Of a stretch of DNA of 64,000 nt, positions 25,390-38,759 are shown one piece after another (the first letter of the stretch is position 1; the number at the start of each line of letters is the position of its first letter). The stretch comes from Lama guanicoe (taxonomy: Eukaryota). The notes beneath the pieces were generated by a model. It searched no databases. It had not been told where the DNA came from and saw nothing but the letters and a program-made list of their open reading frames with translations. The stretch lies in assembly GCA_013239625.1 (NCBI GenBank), contig MU054001.1, forward strand, positions 3,946,167-4,010,166, in the 5' to 3' direction. The position numbers and the translations under genes were made by a program.

Positions 25390-25595
25390 CTGCCTGGTGC
25401 ATATTTTTAGTGCTTTGCATTTAATCCCCATGGCAGTCCTTTGAGGTGGCACCATTATTATCCCTACTCTACAGGTGAGAAAACTGAGGCACAGAGAGGT
25501 TAAGTGACTTGCCCAAGGTCACACAGCTAGTAAATATCAGAGCCAGGACTGAAAGCAGGCTGCCTGGTTCCAGGGTTCTTACTCTTCACCACTGC
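25390..25595 (-). mobile_element. MIR SINE
   Basis: Well-preserved core tacaggtgagaaaactgaggcacagagaggttaagtgacttgcccaaggtcacacagctagtaa. Confidence 0.9.
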
Positions 25596-28500
25596 CCTAG
25601 AAGAAGCCGAGTATGGGGCTTGGTATGCAGTGACTGCCCTTCACTGCTTCCTTTGTCCACTAAGCCATCACTCTGGCCCCTGGTCCCAGCCCCCGCTCCT
25701 CTGGCCTCTAGGACAGTCAGCCTCAGCCTCTGCTCCAAGTTCTGATCAAAGACCTTCCTGGATACCCAGACCTCCTGCCCCGCCCAGCTTGGTGCCAGGC
25801 TACCCCCTGCCCAGTGGCCAGGTTTGGTGGCTTCTCAGGCCACAGGGCCCAGAGCCTGCCTCCTTCCTGAGTCCCAGCACTGCCCCCTCCTCTGCCCCAC
25901 GCTGGGCCCCAGGAAGAGAGGCCAGCTCCTCCGGGTGCTGAGTATGCAGCCAGCACCAGCCCAGAGCCCAGGACTGCAGGCACAAGGCCTTATAAGGCCT
26001 CCAGGGAAGGGAACCCACATCAAAGCAGGGCCTTGGGGAGCGGCTGGAGTTTGGTTGGGGTTTTTCCTCTTTGTCTTTGAGACTTCATATTCCTGAGCTT
26101 AATATCTTCCCCCACCGCCGGCCCCAGCAGTTCTTTGTCAATCTTTCTGTTCTCTAAGAGCTAACAGATGTTGGTGCCACGGGGTTTCAAAGGAAACTCC
26201 TGGTGCCCACAGAACACGGCACAACTTACAGATTCCAAGAATGCACAGGGCTGCGACATGTGGGGGGAAGAGAAAGGTGGGAGGCAGGACCCAGCCACAC
26301 TGGATCCCTTAGATCCAAGCGGTCTGCCCTGGAGCTGCTCCAAGAAATTCCTGGCTCTCTCTTCTCAGCACACTGCATAAAGGCAGCGTTCCCGCACACA
26401 GGACATTCCTCGGGAACCAGCGCTGCAGTGGGCAGGCCCCTCAGAGAGCATGCTCTGGCTGTGGAGGGCAGGGATGCTCCATTCCCAGAACCCAGCTGCA
26501 CCTGGGAGTCAGGGTGCCCGCCTGCCCATCCTCGATAGCAGAGTGATAGCAGATGCCTTCCTTAACCCCTCTGGGCCCCCTTTTGCTCATCTGTAAAATG
26601 AGGATTTCGAGGTCAGAGGAGTCAGTAAGAAAATGCAGACAAAATACGTAGCATGGCATCTGATGCAAAGGTACCAACTTCGCTCCTCCATAGTGCCCTC
26701 CTCCTGCTACGTGTTCGGAACATTCTCACATTTTATCCTTGCAAAACCCTAACACCCAAAGATTTGATGCCTTAGGCTCCACCCTGGGACAACACTCACA
26801 CATGTGTCCTGGGAAGGCATGTTCAAGTTCAGTGATGTTGATGGTAACATTGTTCCTATTAACCTACCGTCAGAAACGCACTGAATAACCATCAAAAGAA
26901 AGTGTGCTAGTGGCAGTTCAAAGGAGCTAGGCAGGTCTGTACACACTGACACACAGAGCCCATGCCACATGAAAGATGCACAGAGTGTGAAGTTCCTTAT
27001 ACATCCAAGAAAACGCCAAACACACACATGTACCATGAGATAACCCCCATGTGCATTGATGTCCATGGTTAAACCCAAGGAGGGGAGGGAGACGAGATGG
27101 AAGCGGGTGGGAGTCAGAAACTTCAGGTGTATCAGAACTGTTCCAATGTTTAAGATAAGTACATCTATGTGTCACTTATGAGGCTCAGCCAGGAGATGAA
27201 GTGGCTGGTCCAAGGGCACATAAGGACAGAAAGTGGGTTAAAGGCCCCAGGCCCTGGGGTCCTCACCTCGAGAAGAGGGCAGCAGGCCAGGATGATGCTT
27301 GTGGTCTCCTGCAGCACAGACCTTCTGGGGCTCTGGCCCCCCACCCAGCAGTGGGGCAGACCCCTTATTTTGGGCTAGACCCTCGAATCAAGAGTGGGCG
27401 GGAAACCAGGGCCATCCACTTTCTGGGCCTCAATGTCCCCGACTCCAACATGCGCCTCTAACCTGGAGACCTTTGTTACTTCTGCCCCTGGGAGCTTTCT
27501 CTGGCCTCCAAAGTCTGCTCTGCCCACAGGGGTGGGGTGGTAGGGTGGCGGGGAGGGAGATGGCACTGGCGGCAGCATTAGGGAGGGCTCCTGGGGGCCC
27601 AGGCTCCAAGAGATACCCCCCTCCCTGGGGATGGGAGGGAAGCAGACTCACGCTTCCCGGACCAGATGTCAGCAGAATCCAGATCTCAAGGGGCGGCTTC
27701 CAGAGAGAAATGGCCCTTCCTCTCAAATGAGCGAAGTGGGGCAGGGCCTTCGGCCACTCCCCAGAAGACACTGCAGCCGCCCACAGCCACAGGTCACCAG
27801 AGGGGCTGCAGCTTTCCACCCGCATGGCACCTGTCCCCCAGCCGCGGCTCAGCCACGTGGAGTCATCCCCCGGGATCCTTCTCACGAGAGCTGGCAGGAA
27901 AGACTTCTCGGGTGCCAAGGCTGCGCGTCTAATCTCCTCTGCAGCTGCTGGAGAAGGTCCTCCCCAGGAGAGAGCTCCCGTGGGGGCAGAGAGAGGCCAG
28001 TGCCGGGAGAGGGCGCTCGTTCACGGCCTCAAGGCCAGCCTTCCCTAACACGCAGGCCGTCCCAGGGCTGGGGTCTGAATCTCTTTAGCTCTAGAACAGT
28101 GCCTGAGGCATAGGGCGCACGTAGTAGATACCTGCTGGGTGAATCCTGGGCCAGGGCCACCCTCACCTGCCTTTCCTGGGGACGGGACAGGTACAGAAGC
28201 CATGAAATTACCCGTCTTGCTTACACCAGTTCATGTGGGCTCTCGTTACTCGCAACTGAAAGCTCTGATGCCCACAGCCCCCAGCACCAAGCCACAGGCT
28301 CCTAAAACCCAAGCCCAAGACGCCTGGATGAGGTTGGAAGCCAGACAGAGGAGGCTGCCACCACCGGCCTTGCTGCAGCACCGCCACGAGGGTCCCCGAG
28401 CCTGGCTCCACCGTGAGAGCCCAGCGAGCTGGGTGGAAGCGGGAAGCCGGACTCCCAGGGCTGCGGCCTGCAGAGCTGGCCTGCATGCTTGGCCTACGAG

Positions 28501-30821
28501 GACCAAGACTTCAGGGCTCCAGGGATGTGTGGCGGTAATTAAAATTCCTCAGATTTCTCCCTCCCTGTTTTTATCTGCTCGAGATGTAATCCCTGGGCAT
28601 GTAATCTACATCCTAGGGGCTCCAGCCTGAGCTTGCTTCCTAGACTTCTCAGGAAGGTGGACGGTGGGCAGGGAGTAGGAGGCAGGGCTTGGCAGGGAGG
28701 ACTTCAGACCCTTGGAGCCTGGCTCTGGAACCACTGCGTCCCCTTCCTCTGAGCCTCAGGCCCTAGTCCCTACAGTCCCTACAAATGACCCCTAAAGACT
28801 GGTTGGTCCCATCCTGGAGACACAGCCGGCCACAGGCAGCAATAAGCCAGCAAAGTCCACCTCCTGGGCTGTCACCCCAGCAGGCTGTCAGCATCCACAG
28901 ACCACCATCCCAACTTCTCCCAGAACCAGGTCCCACCTGGGCTACCATGAGCACTTAATACTTTTCTTGAAATCGGCCCTCTCTCTTCTCTTTTTAAAAA
29001 AATCTAGTCTTGCCATAACATCAATACAATCATGGGTGTGATGTCCTAGTTAGGAATGGGGTTTTAAAAAATGTAATGCACATGAAACAAATACAGAACC
29101 ATTACAATACGAGACGTCCACCACTGGCCTCAAGTCCCATCCCCCCAGTAGAATGTGGGACGTCCTCTGGGAACAACAAAGTTTAAGGAGCCCAGAGTTG
29201 AAGTCTCTGCTCCTTTTTCAGCCCTAGGCGATCAGGCTGCTTCTAACAGGTGGGAGGAGTTGGGGGAGGAAGGACGGAGGCCCCAGGCGAGGCAAGCACC
29301 TGGTGAGGACGGTTGAAAGAACGCTCTGCTGGCCCAACGGACGCCCCTCCCACCCAACCACAGGCCCTTCCTCTAGGGCTCATGCTTTTGGAATGTGATT
29401 TCTGGACACAGAGAAAATGGCTGATGCCAATAGAAAATGGCCAAGTTCAGCATTACCCAGAATGCGCCCTGACCTCCAACCTTTGGGATTTCGGAGCCCT
29501 GCGGAGGAGATGTCCCCATGCGAGGCAAATCGTCCAGGGCTGGGCGGGGCACGGGGCTTCAAGAGCTTGCTGCTGGCGTGACTGGGATTTTCCTACGAGT
29601 CAGTGTTCAAAGGAGTTTCTGCAGTGGAAACCAGGATCTGAGGATGGGCTTGTCGGGGTGTGGGAGGAACTGAGGTCACAAATATAAAGGACTCAGTGAT
29701 AATAATAACCAGCATTTCTCTGGTAAGGGCCGAGTGGATGCCAAGCGCTCTGTTCTGCCCATTACATGCACCGCTAAATGCTCAGAACAGCCCTACAAAC
29801 TGGGTGCCGTTGTTACCCAACTCCAATCACAAAAACTGAGGCTTCGAGAGATTAGTAACTCATTCGAGGGTCTGATTTTGACCATGGCTCCTCTGTGTGA
29901 CCATGTACAAATGACTTCACCTGTGTGTGCCTCAGTCTCCTCACCTGCACATGGAAATGACAGCCCCGTGACCGGAGGGGTGGCTGCCATGGGGACACGG
30001 GAAAGCAGTGTCCAGACGCGTGCAGCACACGGCCAGGCAGTCCGCGTGTCATCAGCACAGCTGTTCCTTCTCTCGGGGCCCCGTCTTTCATTCCTGGCCG
30101 TTCCGTCCTCTCCCACCCACGCTGTCTTCGGGATGCCATACAGCTGATCAAAGCCGGATCCAGCAGAGCCTCAACCACCCCGTGAGGCCTCAAGCGGCAT
30201 CCCCGGCAGGCTGCCTGCACTCAGCACCTCTCAGGGTCTCTGTGCTCCTGCCTGGCCACTGGCCAGCCAGGCTGCTGCCCCTGCCACACGACCTGCCTGT
30301 CATGCCACTGGTCCACCATCCGCTGGCCTGCCACACCCCACAGCCGAGTGCTGATAACAGGAGAGGCCAAAGGGGCTGGGGTGTGCACTGATCACAGCTG
30401 GGCCGCCTCTGCCAGCAGCTCCTGGCCCGGGGACAGGCCCCAGGTCTGCTGCCAGGGTCTAGCACGTGTGCCCTGCTGAGCAGGGTGGCTGAGAGCCAAG
30501 CTGCTTATGACGGACGGCACTTCATCTGTCGACCAGAGAGCAGTGCCCCCATAGACCACGGGCCGCTTCACTGTGGGGAAAGGATGTACACCCCTGCCCG
30601 GTGCAGAGCCCAGCCCCAGTCAGGGACCCTGTGCAGCCAGGGGCCCCGGGGCAGCACGGTATTTCTCTCAGCCTGGGGAGTGAGAGGTTTGGGCTTCTTG
30701 CTTCCACCAATGTAAATAAGTAGATGGAATAAGATGCTCTTGTTTCAACTGTCCAAAAAGTCCTCACTTTCAGGAGAGAACCAGAGAACAATGGTTTGGG
30801 CCGGACTCTGGGACCCTCCTG

Positions 30822-30822
<1 letters not shown>

Positions 30823-30852
<30 letters not shown>
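30823..30852. repeat. (CA)15 microsatellite
   Basis: Pure CA run. Confidence 0.95.
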
Positions 30853-30855
<3 letters not shown>

Positions 30856-31679
30856 AGCCCACCCCATCAGGCCTTAAAGCTGTTGCAGGAGTCATCTTCC
30901 TGCCCCCCTGATCCTAGCCACAGCAGGCCTCCCTTCCTCTCTCCTGGGCCCCCTCCCCACCCCATAACCCAGCTTTGATGAGCTCTCACCATCACCCTCA
31001 CTGGCTGGACCACCTGCCTTGGGGCCTCCAAATCCTGCCTGTGCTGTTTTCTCTGCCAGGAGAGCCCTTGACTGTGGGGTGAGGCCTTACCCTCTCCTGC
31101 TGTGGGGTGTCTGCAGACTCGCAACATCCCCCCACCCAACTGAGGCAGAATCAAGGGTTGCACCTCTGGGATCCCAGAGGACTCAGATCATTCAGGTCTT
31201 GGCTGACTATGTGTTGCCCAATCTGTGCCTCAGTGTCCACACCTGTAAAATGGGCCTGTGACACAGGCGTGCCCTGAGGGTCACACAAGAGATGGCCGTG
31301 AGAAAATAGAAGAGTTAAAGACATTGGGAGTGAGAGATCCCAGGGTCCACACTGCCGTCGGGTGGGAGAGCAGGTGAGGAAAAGCTTAGAGTCCAACCCT
31401 GCTGTGTCTGTAAACAAAAGAGGCATACTCTCCGGAATGTTTCTGGAACAGCATGCAATAGTAGTGGCTACTCTCAGGAAGCTGGGGAGCGGTCCCTCCA
31501 ACTGTTCTGGATTATTTGAATTTTGTCTTGTCTCTCTCCTTTCTTTCTCTTTTTTTAACCAAGAACATTCAATGCTTTTATAGTAAAAAGAAATTAAACT
31601 TTTGAAAGTGGCTGTTCCACGAAAAGAATGATGCAGCTCCCCCGCCTACTCGAGGGCTCCACCAAGCTGCTGGACTAGC

Positions 31680-32400
31680 ATCTCCGACACCACGTGTCCC
31701 AGCTCTGCCACCTCCCCTTCCCCCACCCCCTACCGATTTCCTCCCTGGGTCCATCTGGGGCAGCTCCCTCCTTCCTGCTGCTCAGGCCAGAAACCCGGGA
31801 GTCATCCTGCCACGTCTCTTTCAACCCTTCTGTTCAATCCACAGTACATCCTGTTGGCTCGGCCTCCAGAAGGTACCCTGACACCGAGTCCTCCCTCCTC
31901 CACGCCAACCACGTGCTCCAGGCCATGAAGAGAGGCCTTCATCCCTCACCAGGATGATGGCCTGCACCCACCTCCCACCCGATTCTCCAAACTCCTCCCA
32001 ATGCCCCACAAAGCCCCGCCCAATCTGTTACATCACTTCCCTGCCCTCATCTGGTACTTGTGCGGTCACCCTGTCCCAGCCACCTTGGCGGCCTTGCTGT
32101 TTTTCAAACATGCTTGGCACAGTCCCAACTCAAGGCCTTTGGACTTGCTGTTCCCTCTGCCTGGAATTCGTTCTCCAAGTATCCCCTCCCCCTCCCCCTC
32201 CTTCAGGCTTTGGTCATCATCACCTTGTCACCTGGGTGAGATCTTCGAAAGCCCCCTATTTAAAACTGCAGCACCTCCTCCACTCCCTCACCCTTTTCCC
32301 TGCCTCAGTTTTCTCTGGGGCATTTCCCACCATCTGACACATATATCGGTGCCTGACAGAGGAGACACGCCACGAATACGTGTTGACAACTAAATGCAGC
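31680..32400 (+). mobile_element. L2 LINE 3' fragment
   Basis: ttgctgtttttcaaacatgc...ggcctttggacttgctgttccctctgcctggaa and tail-like gaatacgtgttgac. Confidence 0.75.
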
Positions 32401-33584
32401 TCTATATTTACTGACTCAGAAAAACATTCCCTGCATTTTCTTGAAAGAGAAAAGCAGTTGCCAAAGAGCAAAGGGAATCTGATTGCATCTGCTAAAATTA
32501 TCTGCGTGTGTCTCCACGCGATGTAGTCAGAGAGGCCCATCTGGTGAGACCAGCACCAGAGTGGCCCCAGGGGTTTGTGCCTGGGGACCGGACTGGAGGG
32601 CATCAAACTGTCATGAGCATGCATGAGGACCCCTACAATCAGAAATAACAGTCAGGCATTTGGAAGAAGGCACAGGAAAGCAAACAAAGATGGGGACCCG
32701 AGCTAGTTCTAGAAGGCCCAACACACGGAAGTCTGCCAGCAGGGTCCTGGCCCGAGCAGGTGGTGAGGCCCACAGCTCTCCAGTGAAGTGGGTGGTTTTC
32801 TGATCCTAGCTGGGAGGGGAGGTGGAGGCTCCGGGCTTCTCTGCACCCTATGCCCCATCGCTCCTTCCCACAGCCATGCCTCGCTCACAGACCATGGAGA
32901 GGCCACTGCCAGAAACCCACCACTTCTCCCTGCCTTTGGCTGTGCATGCATAGGAAGCCCGGGGGTGGGGGGCTGGCAAGACCCCCTTTTGTGGTCATGT
33001 AATGCAGACAAGGCTTTGATTCCACAAATGGCATGAGGCCAGCTGAGCATGTCAAATTGGGCTGTCACTGGAAGTGGGGGAAGGAGGCAGCTCCCTCCTC
33101 CCTCCCAACCGCTGCACATCAAGTTCCATTCTCAGGCAAAGAAGGAAGGAAAGAAGGAAGGGAGGGATAGAGGAAATAGGTTTTGGGGATCAAGCTACCT
33201 GCCCCTGCTTGTCTGATCAGCAGCCCACATCTGAGACCCCTATTACAACACAGTGTCCTCTGGGAAGTCCACGGAGGTCTGTGAGATGCTGTGTGGCCAG
33301 CATCTAAGGTCTAAGGATGTTCTTGGGCCTGGGGGCAAGAAGGCACCCACTGCAGTGACTCCATCCATCACACCTGTCCCTTGGCCACTGCAATCCTTGG
33401 GGCATCTGACCCACACAACAACCCTGGGAGATCAGCAAGGGAGCTATCACCCTTTTTACAGATGAGGAGACTAAGGCTCTGAAAGCGAAGGCAAGAACGT
33501 GGTTGGGAATGCCTCGTGGGTGGAAGGCCCGGGTCCTGGGATATGACACCTGGTACGTGCCTGTGTGCAGTGCGTGAGCACACC

Positions 33585-33588
<4 letters not shown>

Positions 33589-33628
<40 letters not shown>
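33589..33628. repeat. (CA)20 microsatellite
   Basis: Pure CA run. Confidence 0.95.
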
Positions 33629-33632
<4 letters not shown>

Positions 33633-35041
33633 GCCTCCCAGATCACAGGCAATGGGGCCAGAATGGAACCCTCATTCAGAAAAGTCTAAACCCCTCTAAG
33701 AATGTCCCCCTAGAAAAGTGCCACACAGATAAAACTGCACATTGAAACTTCTTGCAAACTTTCAGTTAAGGGTTCTGAGTACAGATGGAGAAACTGAGGC
33801 CACAAAAAGTGACAAGACTTGCTCAGAGCCACAAAGCCAAACGACGCCAGAGCCATGATCAGAATCCAGATCATCCAAAGTGAGCAGCAAAAGATCAGCC
33901 CCCACAGGGGCCAGAAATAAAGACCAGAGCCCCTCAACTCCAGCAGAAGCCGGGGAGTGAGCACTCTGACAAGCGTTTCCACTGGCAGGGTTCCGTGGTC
34001 CATGTAGTTTGGGAAGCATCCCTGGCTCTGCTGAGGGACTTCTTAAGCCTTTACAGACTATTTGCATTAGGAACCCCCTCCAGGTGCTCACTGCATGTGG
34101 GATTTCCCTGACTTCTCTAGACCCTTTGCTGCTGGCTCACCCCAAGTCTCTGACCATTTCTGCATCCCTCCCACCCCGACCTTCAGTGTGTGGTCCCCAC
34201 CATCAGCCCACACCTGAGATTTCTTCAGAGGACAGCCCTCTGGCTTTGTCTGAAGGGTCAGAGAAATGTACACCCCCCAGCCCACCCTCCACCAGGCCGC
34301 CCTGGATCAGTGACTCAGCATCCTCGCCTCCCGTAGAGACAGACTCTGAGCCACAGTTTATACTCCAGAGCTCTCCACAGGGTCAGGCTAAAGCCAGGAC
34401 TCTGCCTGAAACCACACCTTGCTTGCCTTCTCCCCCTTCTCTGCCCACCCATGCCAGTCTGCCCTGGGAGGACGTCCTCCATGAGCCACTGGCACACGAT
34501 CCTCGTCTCCAGCTCTGCTTCTGTGGTTCCTGTGGATTTAAGTCATCTCCCCACTGAACTACCCGGGTAATTGGAATGACACATTGGTGAATTCACAGGG
34601 AGCCGACGGGCCGATGGACAGCAAGCTGGTTAGTCTCAGACAAAGGCATCACCCCATGGACTGGCCAGCGAGGTGAGGGGCCAGGGGGCTCAATGCCAGG
34701 GCTCAGGCCTGAATGGTAGGCAGGCAGGGACAGACATTTTCTCTCCCCTCATCCACCCCACCCCCACAACAAGAATACTTCGCCTTCTTTGAGGCCCAAT
34801 TCAAGTAAAGGAAGCCCTCTCTGGGCACCTCATCCCCCAGGACTTCTCTCACTGACCATCCACAGCTCTCAGGGCTGACTGACATCCACAGATTGTACCT
34901 TCAGGAGGAATCCAAGGCTGAAAGAAAGCTCTTCCTTCCTTTTTTTGCTTCTGCAGGGGGTACCCGTGACTCAGACAACCTCCACCCTTCCCCTCAGCAC
35001 CCACTCCTCCTCCTGACAACACCTGAAGAGCCACCCCTCCA

Positions 35042-35222
35042 TAGGCTTGCCAGATTCCACAAATACACAGGACATTCAGTGAAATTTGAATCTCAGATTC
35101 AATACTGTTTAAGATAAGTCTGTGCCATGCAGTATTTGGGATATACTTATATTAAAAAAATTATGTTATTTTTCTGAAACTCAAATTGAACTGGCCATCC
35201 TACATTTTATCTGGAAACCCTA
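35042..35222. mobile_element. MER53 palindromic hAT MITE
   Basis: Termini taggcttgccagat ... atctggaaacccta; internal inverted symmetry; 8-bp TSD cccctcca (35034-35041) / ccccttca (35223-35230). Confidence 0.9.
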
Positions 35223-35244
35223 CCCCTTCACCACTTTCATCCAA

Positions 35245-35755
35245 GAGGTGTAGACGGGGCTGACTTCTCCCCCAACCACAAAAGTGGACATGTGTCCCAG
35301 GCCTGACCACTGAGAACTCTGCACATCCCTGGCCACAGGGACAAGTCAAGGCAGAACACATGACCCAAGTTAGGCCAAAGAGACACAAACCCGAAACATC
35401 TGCTCTTTTTCTGCTAACATTAGTGAGATGTGAGGGTGGGGATCTGACACTGAGGAGAACATTTTGCCTCCTCACAGAGAGATTCAAAGAACAAAAGCCA
35501 TCACAGAGGAAAAGAGGACCAGGAGGTGAAATAAAAGAAAACATTATGCTGTACACCAGAAATTGACCCAATATTGTAAACTGACTATACTTCAATTAAA
35601 AAGAAAAGAAAAGAAATGCATCCTGACAACACTGTCTGAGCACCTGGATCAAACTATGCCTGAAGCTAGTCTTTCCCCTAGACTTTTCAGTTACCTAAAC
35701 TACTAAATTTCTCCTTTTTGCTTAAGCCAATTTGAGCTTGTTTTCTGTCAAAAAC
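35245..35755 (+). mobile_element. Old ERVL/MaLR LTR (LTR33-like), interrupted by a short L1 tail
   Basis: cacatgacccaagttaggccaa and gagcacctggatcaaactatgcctgaagctag...gacttttcagttac...gcttaagccaatttgag. Confidence 0.65.
35541..35615 (+). mobile_element. Severely 5'-truncated young L1 (3' terminus plus A-tail)
   Basis: tgctgtacaccagaaattgac...ttgtaaactgactatacttcaattaaaaagaaaag matches the 3' ends of the L1 copies at 39.5 kb and 47.7 kb. Confidence 0.8.
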
Positions 35756-37879
35756 TGTCTGCTCAGTTCAGCCTCTTCTCACCCCACCCACCCCTGGCAC
35801 AATGCTGGGCACAGAGCCCGTGCTCAGAGAGTATTTAAGTTGCATATGTTTGTAACTTTATACTTTACTGAGGATGGTAGCATGGGATTATGGGAAAGCC
35901 TGGGCTTTCAAGTTAGGCAGGCTCCATTCCCATCCCAGCCCTGACTCATCCTCATTCCAGGACCTTGCACAAATAACCCAAGTCTCATGAGCCCCAGCTT
36001 CCTCATCAGTAAAACAAAGATCCGAGGACCTCTGCCTGGCATGCCTGTACAATTTCACTGCCCAAACCAGCACACGTCTGAGAGTGAAAGGGGGCAGTGT
36101 TAATAACCAGGCCAGGACAACAGGAGTGGCTGAACTGTCTTGGGTAAATGGGCCACTGGTAGCCTGACCTACAACGGACCTTGCCCATGCTTACCTGCAA
36201 CTGCCCCACGGTCAACGCCTTCCAACCTGTCCACCCTCACCTCTGCCCAGGACACTCCCCACACTCTCTCCTTCTAGCTACTTCTGCCTCAGCTTTAATG
36301 CCCCTTCTTGGAGAAGCCGTCCTGAGACTGCCAGACTCAGTATGGTCCCCACTCTGTCCCCCCCGGCCACCTGTGACACCCTGATTGTTGTCCTTAGTCC
36401 TCTGTCTGACGACTACTTGTGGAGAGCCAGGCTCCTCGTGTGCTAGACACGCCCACCAAGGACAAGGACTGTACATTTCTTCCTCATTCCTGAAGGCCCC
36501 GCAGGCCTGGCACAGTGCCTAGAACACAGAACAGCCGCTAAAGGAGTAAACAGCTAACCCTCCTTCTCGTCTTCTCTTCGGGTCCTGTATTTTCTCTGTG
36601 TGTTGGTAAAACCATCCTGGGTGAGATGTCAAGTAGGGCCGAATGGGAGCAGAATCCCGGGGCGGGGGGGCATGAGGCAGGGGAGGGCATGAGGCAGGGG
36701 CAGGGCCCGCCCCCAGCAGGCCAGGACATGCCAGCAATGTACTCAGAGCCAGTGACTCTGGGGACAGCAACCCCAGGAGGCCCCACCCGGCTCAGCAGCC
36801 CCTAGGCGGTGGCGGCAGCAACGTGCTGGCCCTACGACAGCTTTCACTGATCTGGGGCCAACAAGGACTGGACCTGGGCCGGTTGCCTATTCCAGAATCC
36901 AGCCCTGGCTCCTGTTCAAAACACAGGCCCGGCATCTCCCTGCAGCCCCAGCCAGCTCTGTCCTCGGCAGTAGCCAAGTCACTGCCCAGAATGCAAATTG
37001 GGCAGGTGCAAAGGGGCCTCTCCAACCTGAGACCAAGACCCTGACATCCCACACCCAGCCCAGACTGCTCCACTCACAAGCAGACAGCATCCCCTTGGGT
37101 TACTTGTCGCCTGCCCACACAGCATCCCGGCCTGCCCCAAGGCAGCCTCCTCGCCTGATTTCTTGGTCCAGCCAGGATCCCAGCCTGAGGTCGGCTACCT
37201 GGGGAACACTTGCACCTTGACCCACACCCCGATCCAGATGGCACACTACTTTTTTTTTCACAACATCCCTCCCCTGCTCTACAGCCCTCAATGGCTGCCA
37301 ATTCCCGACCCACTCAAATCCCTCTGCAATTCTGCCCTACCTTCCCCGTCCTGCCTCCTGGGAGACAAGTAGTGAAGGGAGCAGTGGGATGCTCGCCTGG
37401 GGAGCCTCACATCCTGCCTTTGTTTCCCCACTGGTACAATGGGAGGAGGCGGGGCTACAACAGTCCATGATTCTACAGACTCATGATAGGGCTAATCTAG
37501 CCAGCACTTGACCTCGGTCCTTCCTCTGCTCCTCAGGCCACCCCAAAGGGCTATCGCCCACTTGCACAGCCACTGGTCAGTCTCTCAGGACTGCCTCTCC
37601 CAGGAGCAGAAGTGCCACAAGGAGATTTGTGCGATCTGAATGCTTCCCTCAGTCAGATGCTGGGTCAGCTCAGCACATAGCAACTTCAGCCCCACATGTC
37701 CCCACGAGTGAAAAACGGATAGCTCACAGACTGAGAAACAGCAAACATATAAAATATCCCAGGCAGGACCCCAGCAGCTCAGCCTGACTATGTGCACCTC
37801 AGAAAATAATACTTCTCAAGGTTAATCTCACAACAGGTCGAGTCCTAATGGCCAGGAGCGCAGACGGTGCCTCAGGTGC

Positions 37880-38125
37880 CAATAGCCTGAGTAGGGTGGG
37901 GCCTGGATTTTGCCCCAAGCTTTGGGTTTTGGCTCTGTCGCCCACCAGCTGTGTGATGCTGGGCAAGTTGCTACCTTCTCTGTGTCTCAGTTTCCTCCTT
38001 TGTATCATGGGGAAACGATAATATCTACTCCGTGGAACTGTTGTGATGATTAAAATAGGTTAATTTTTATAAAGTACTTAGAACAGTGCCTGGCTCATCT
38101 GAAGCTGTATATAAATGTTTGTTCA
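37880..38125 (+). mobile_element. MIR SINE
   Basis: ctgtgtgatgctgggcaagttgctaccttctctgtgtctcagtttcctcctttgt...gtacttagaacagtgcctggc. Confidence 0.9.
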
Positions 38126-38759
38126 ATAAATAAAACTAAAGGGTAATATAAAATACATAGAAAGGTACTTGTCATAGAAAAGAAGGATGATTCCCCTCCC
38201 TGCCCAAAAGGATGACTGTTTCTGAGTATCATTAGCATTTGTTGGTGTTGACGTATAGGAGGGTACGAACGTCCATGGGTAATTCTGCTTCTTCCATTGG
38301 GCGTACGCCAGTCTTACAGGAGGTATTGATATGTTCCCATAGCACCCATACAAGCACAGAAGGGTCAATATAGAGACGAGGCTGGGCCCAACAGTCCTAG
38401 AAAGGGCTGGGCCTCTTCCAGAGACAGGAAGGCTGAACTGGCAGGAAAGGTTACTGACAACACCAAGGTCAAAACAGAGATCACACATAATCCACCTGCC
38501 CGACCCCTTTATAGGGAAACAGAAACTGCCCAGACTGGAGCCACCAGGAGATGAACCCTCAAGGCGGTCGGACTAATTACAGGGCAGTGCTAGCAAGGCC
38601 CAGCCCTGCCTTCATAGTGCCCCTGACCAGGCTAATATTTCATGAGGCCAGGGGAGCAGGCTGTGAGCCCTAGCCACATGGGGCTTCTGCCCCACAGCAC
38701 TGCTGGGCACTCTGGACTGCAGAAACACAAAACCAAACAAAACCCCAGGAGTTTCTTGT

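Noticed and set aside
34310..34320. Perfect ARE/MARE motif GTGACTCAGCA
   Set aside because: A single isolated motif with no supporting cluster; not enough to call a regulatory element.
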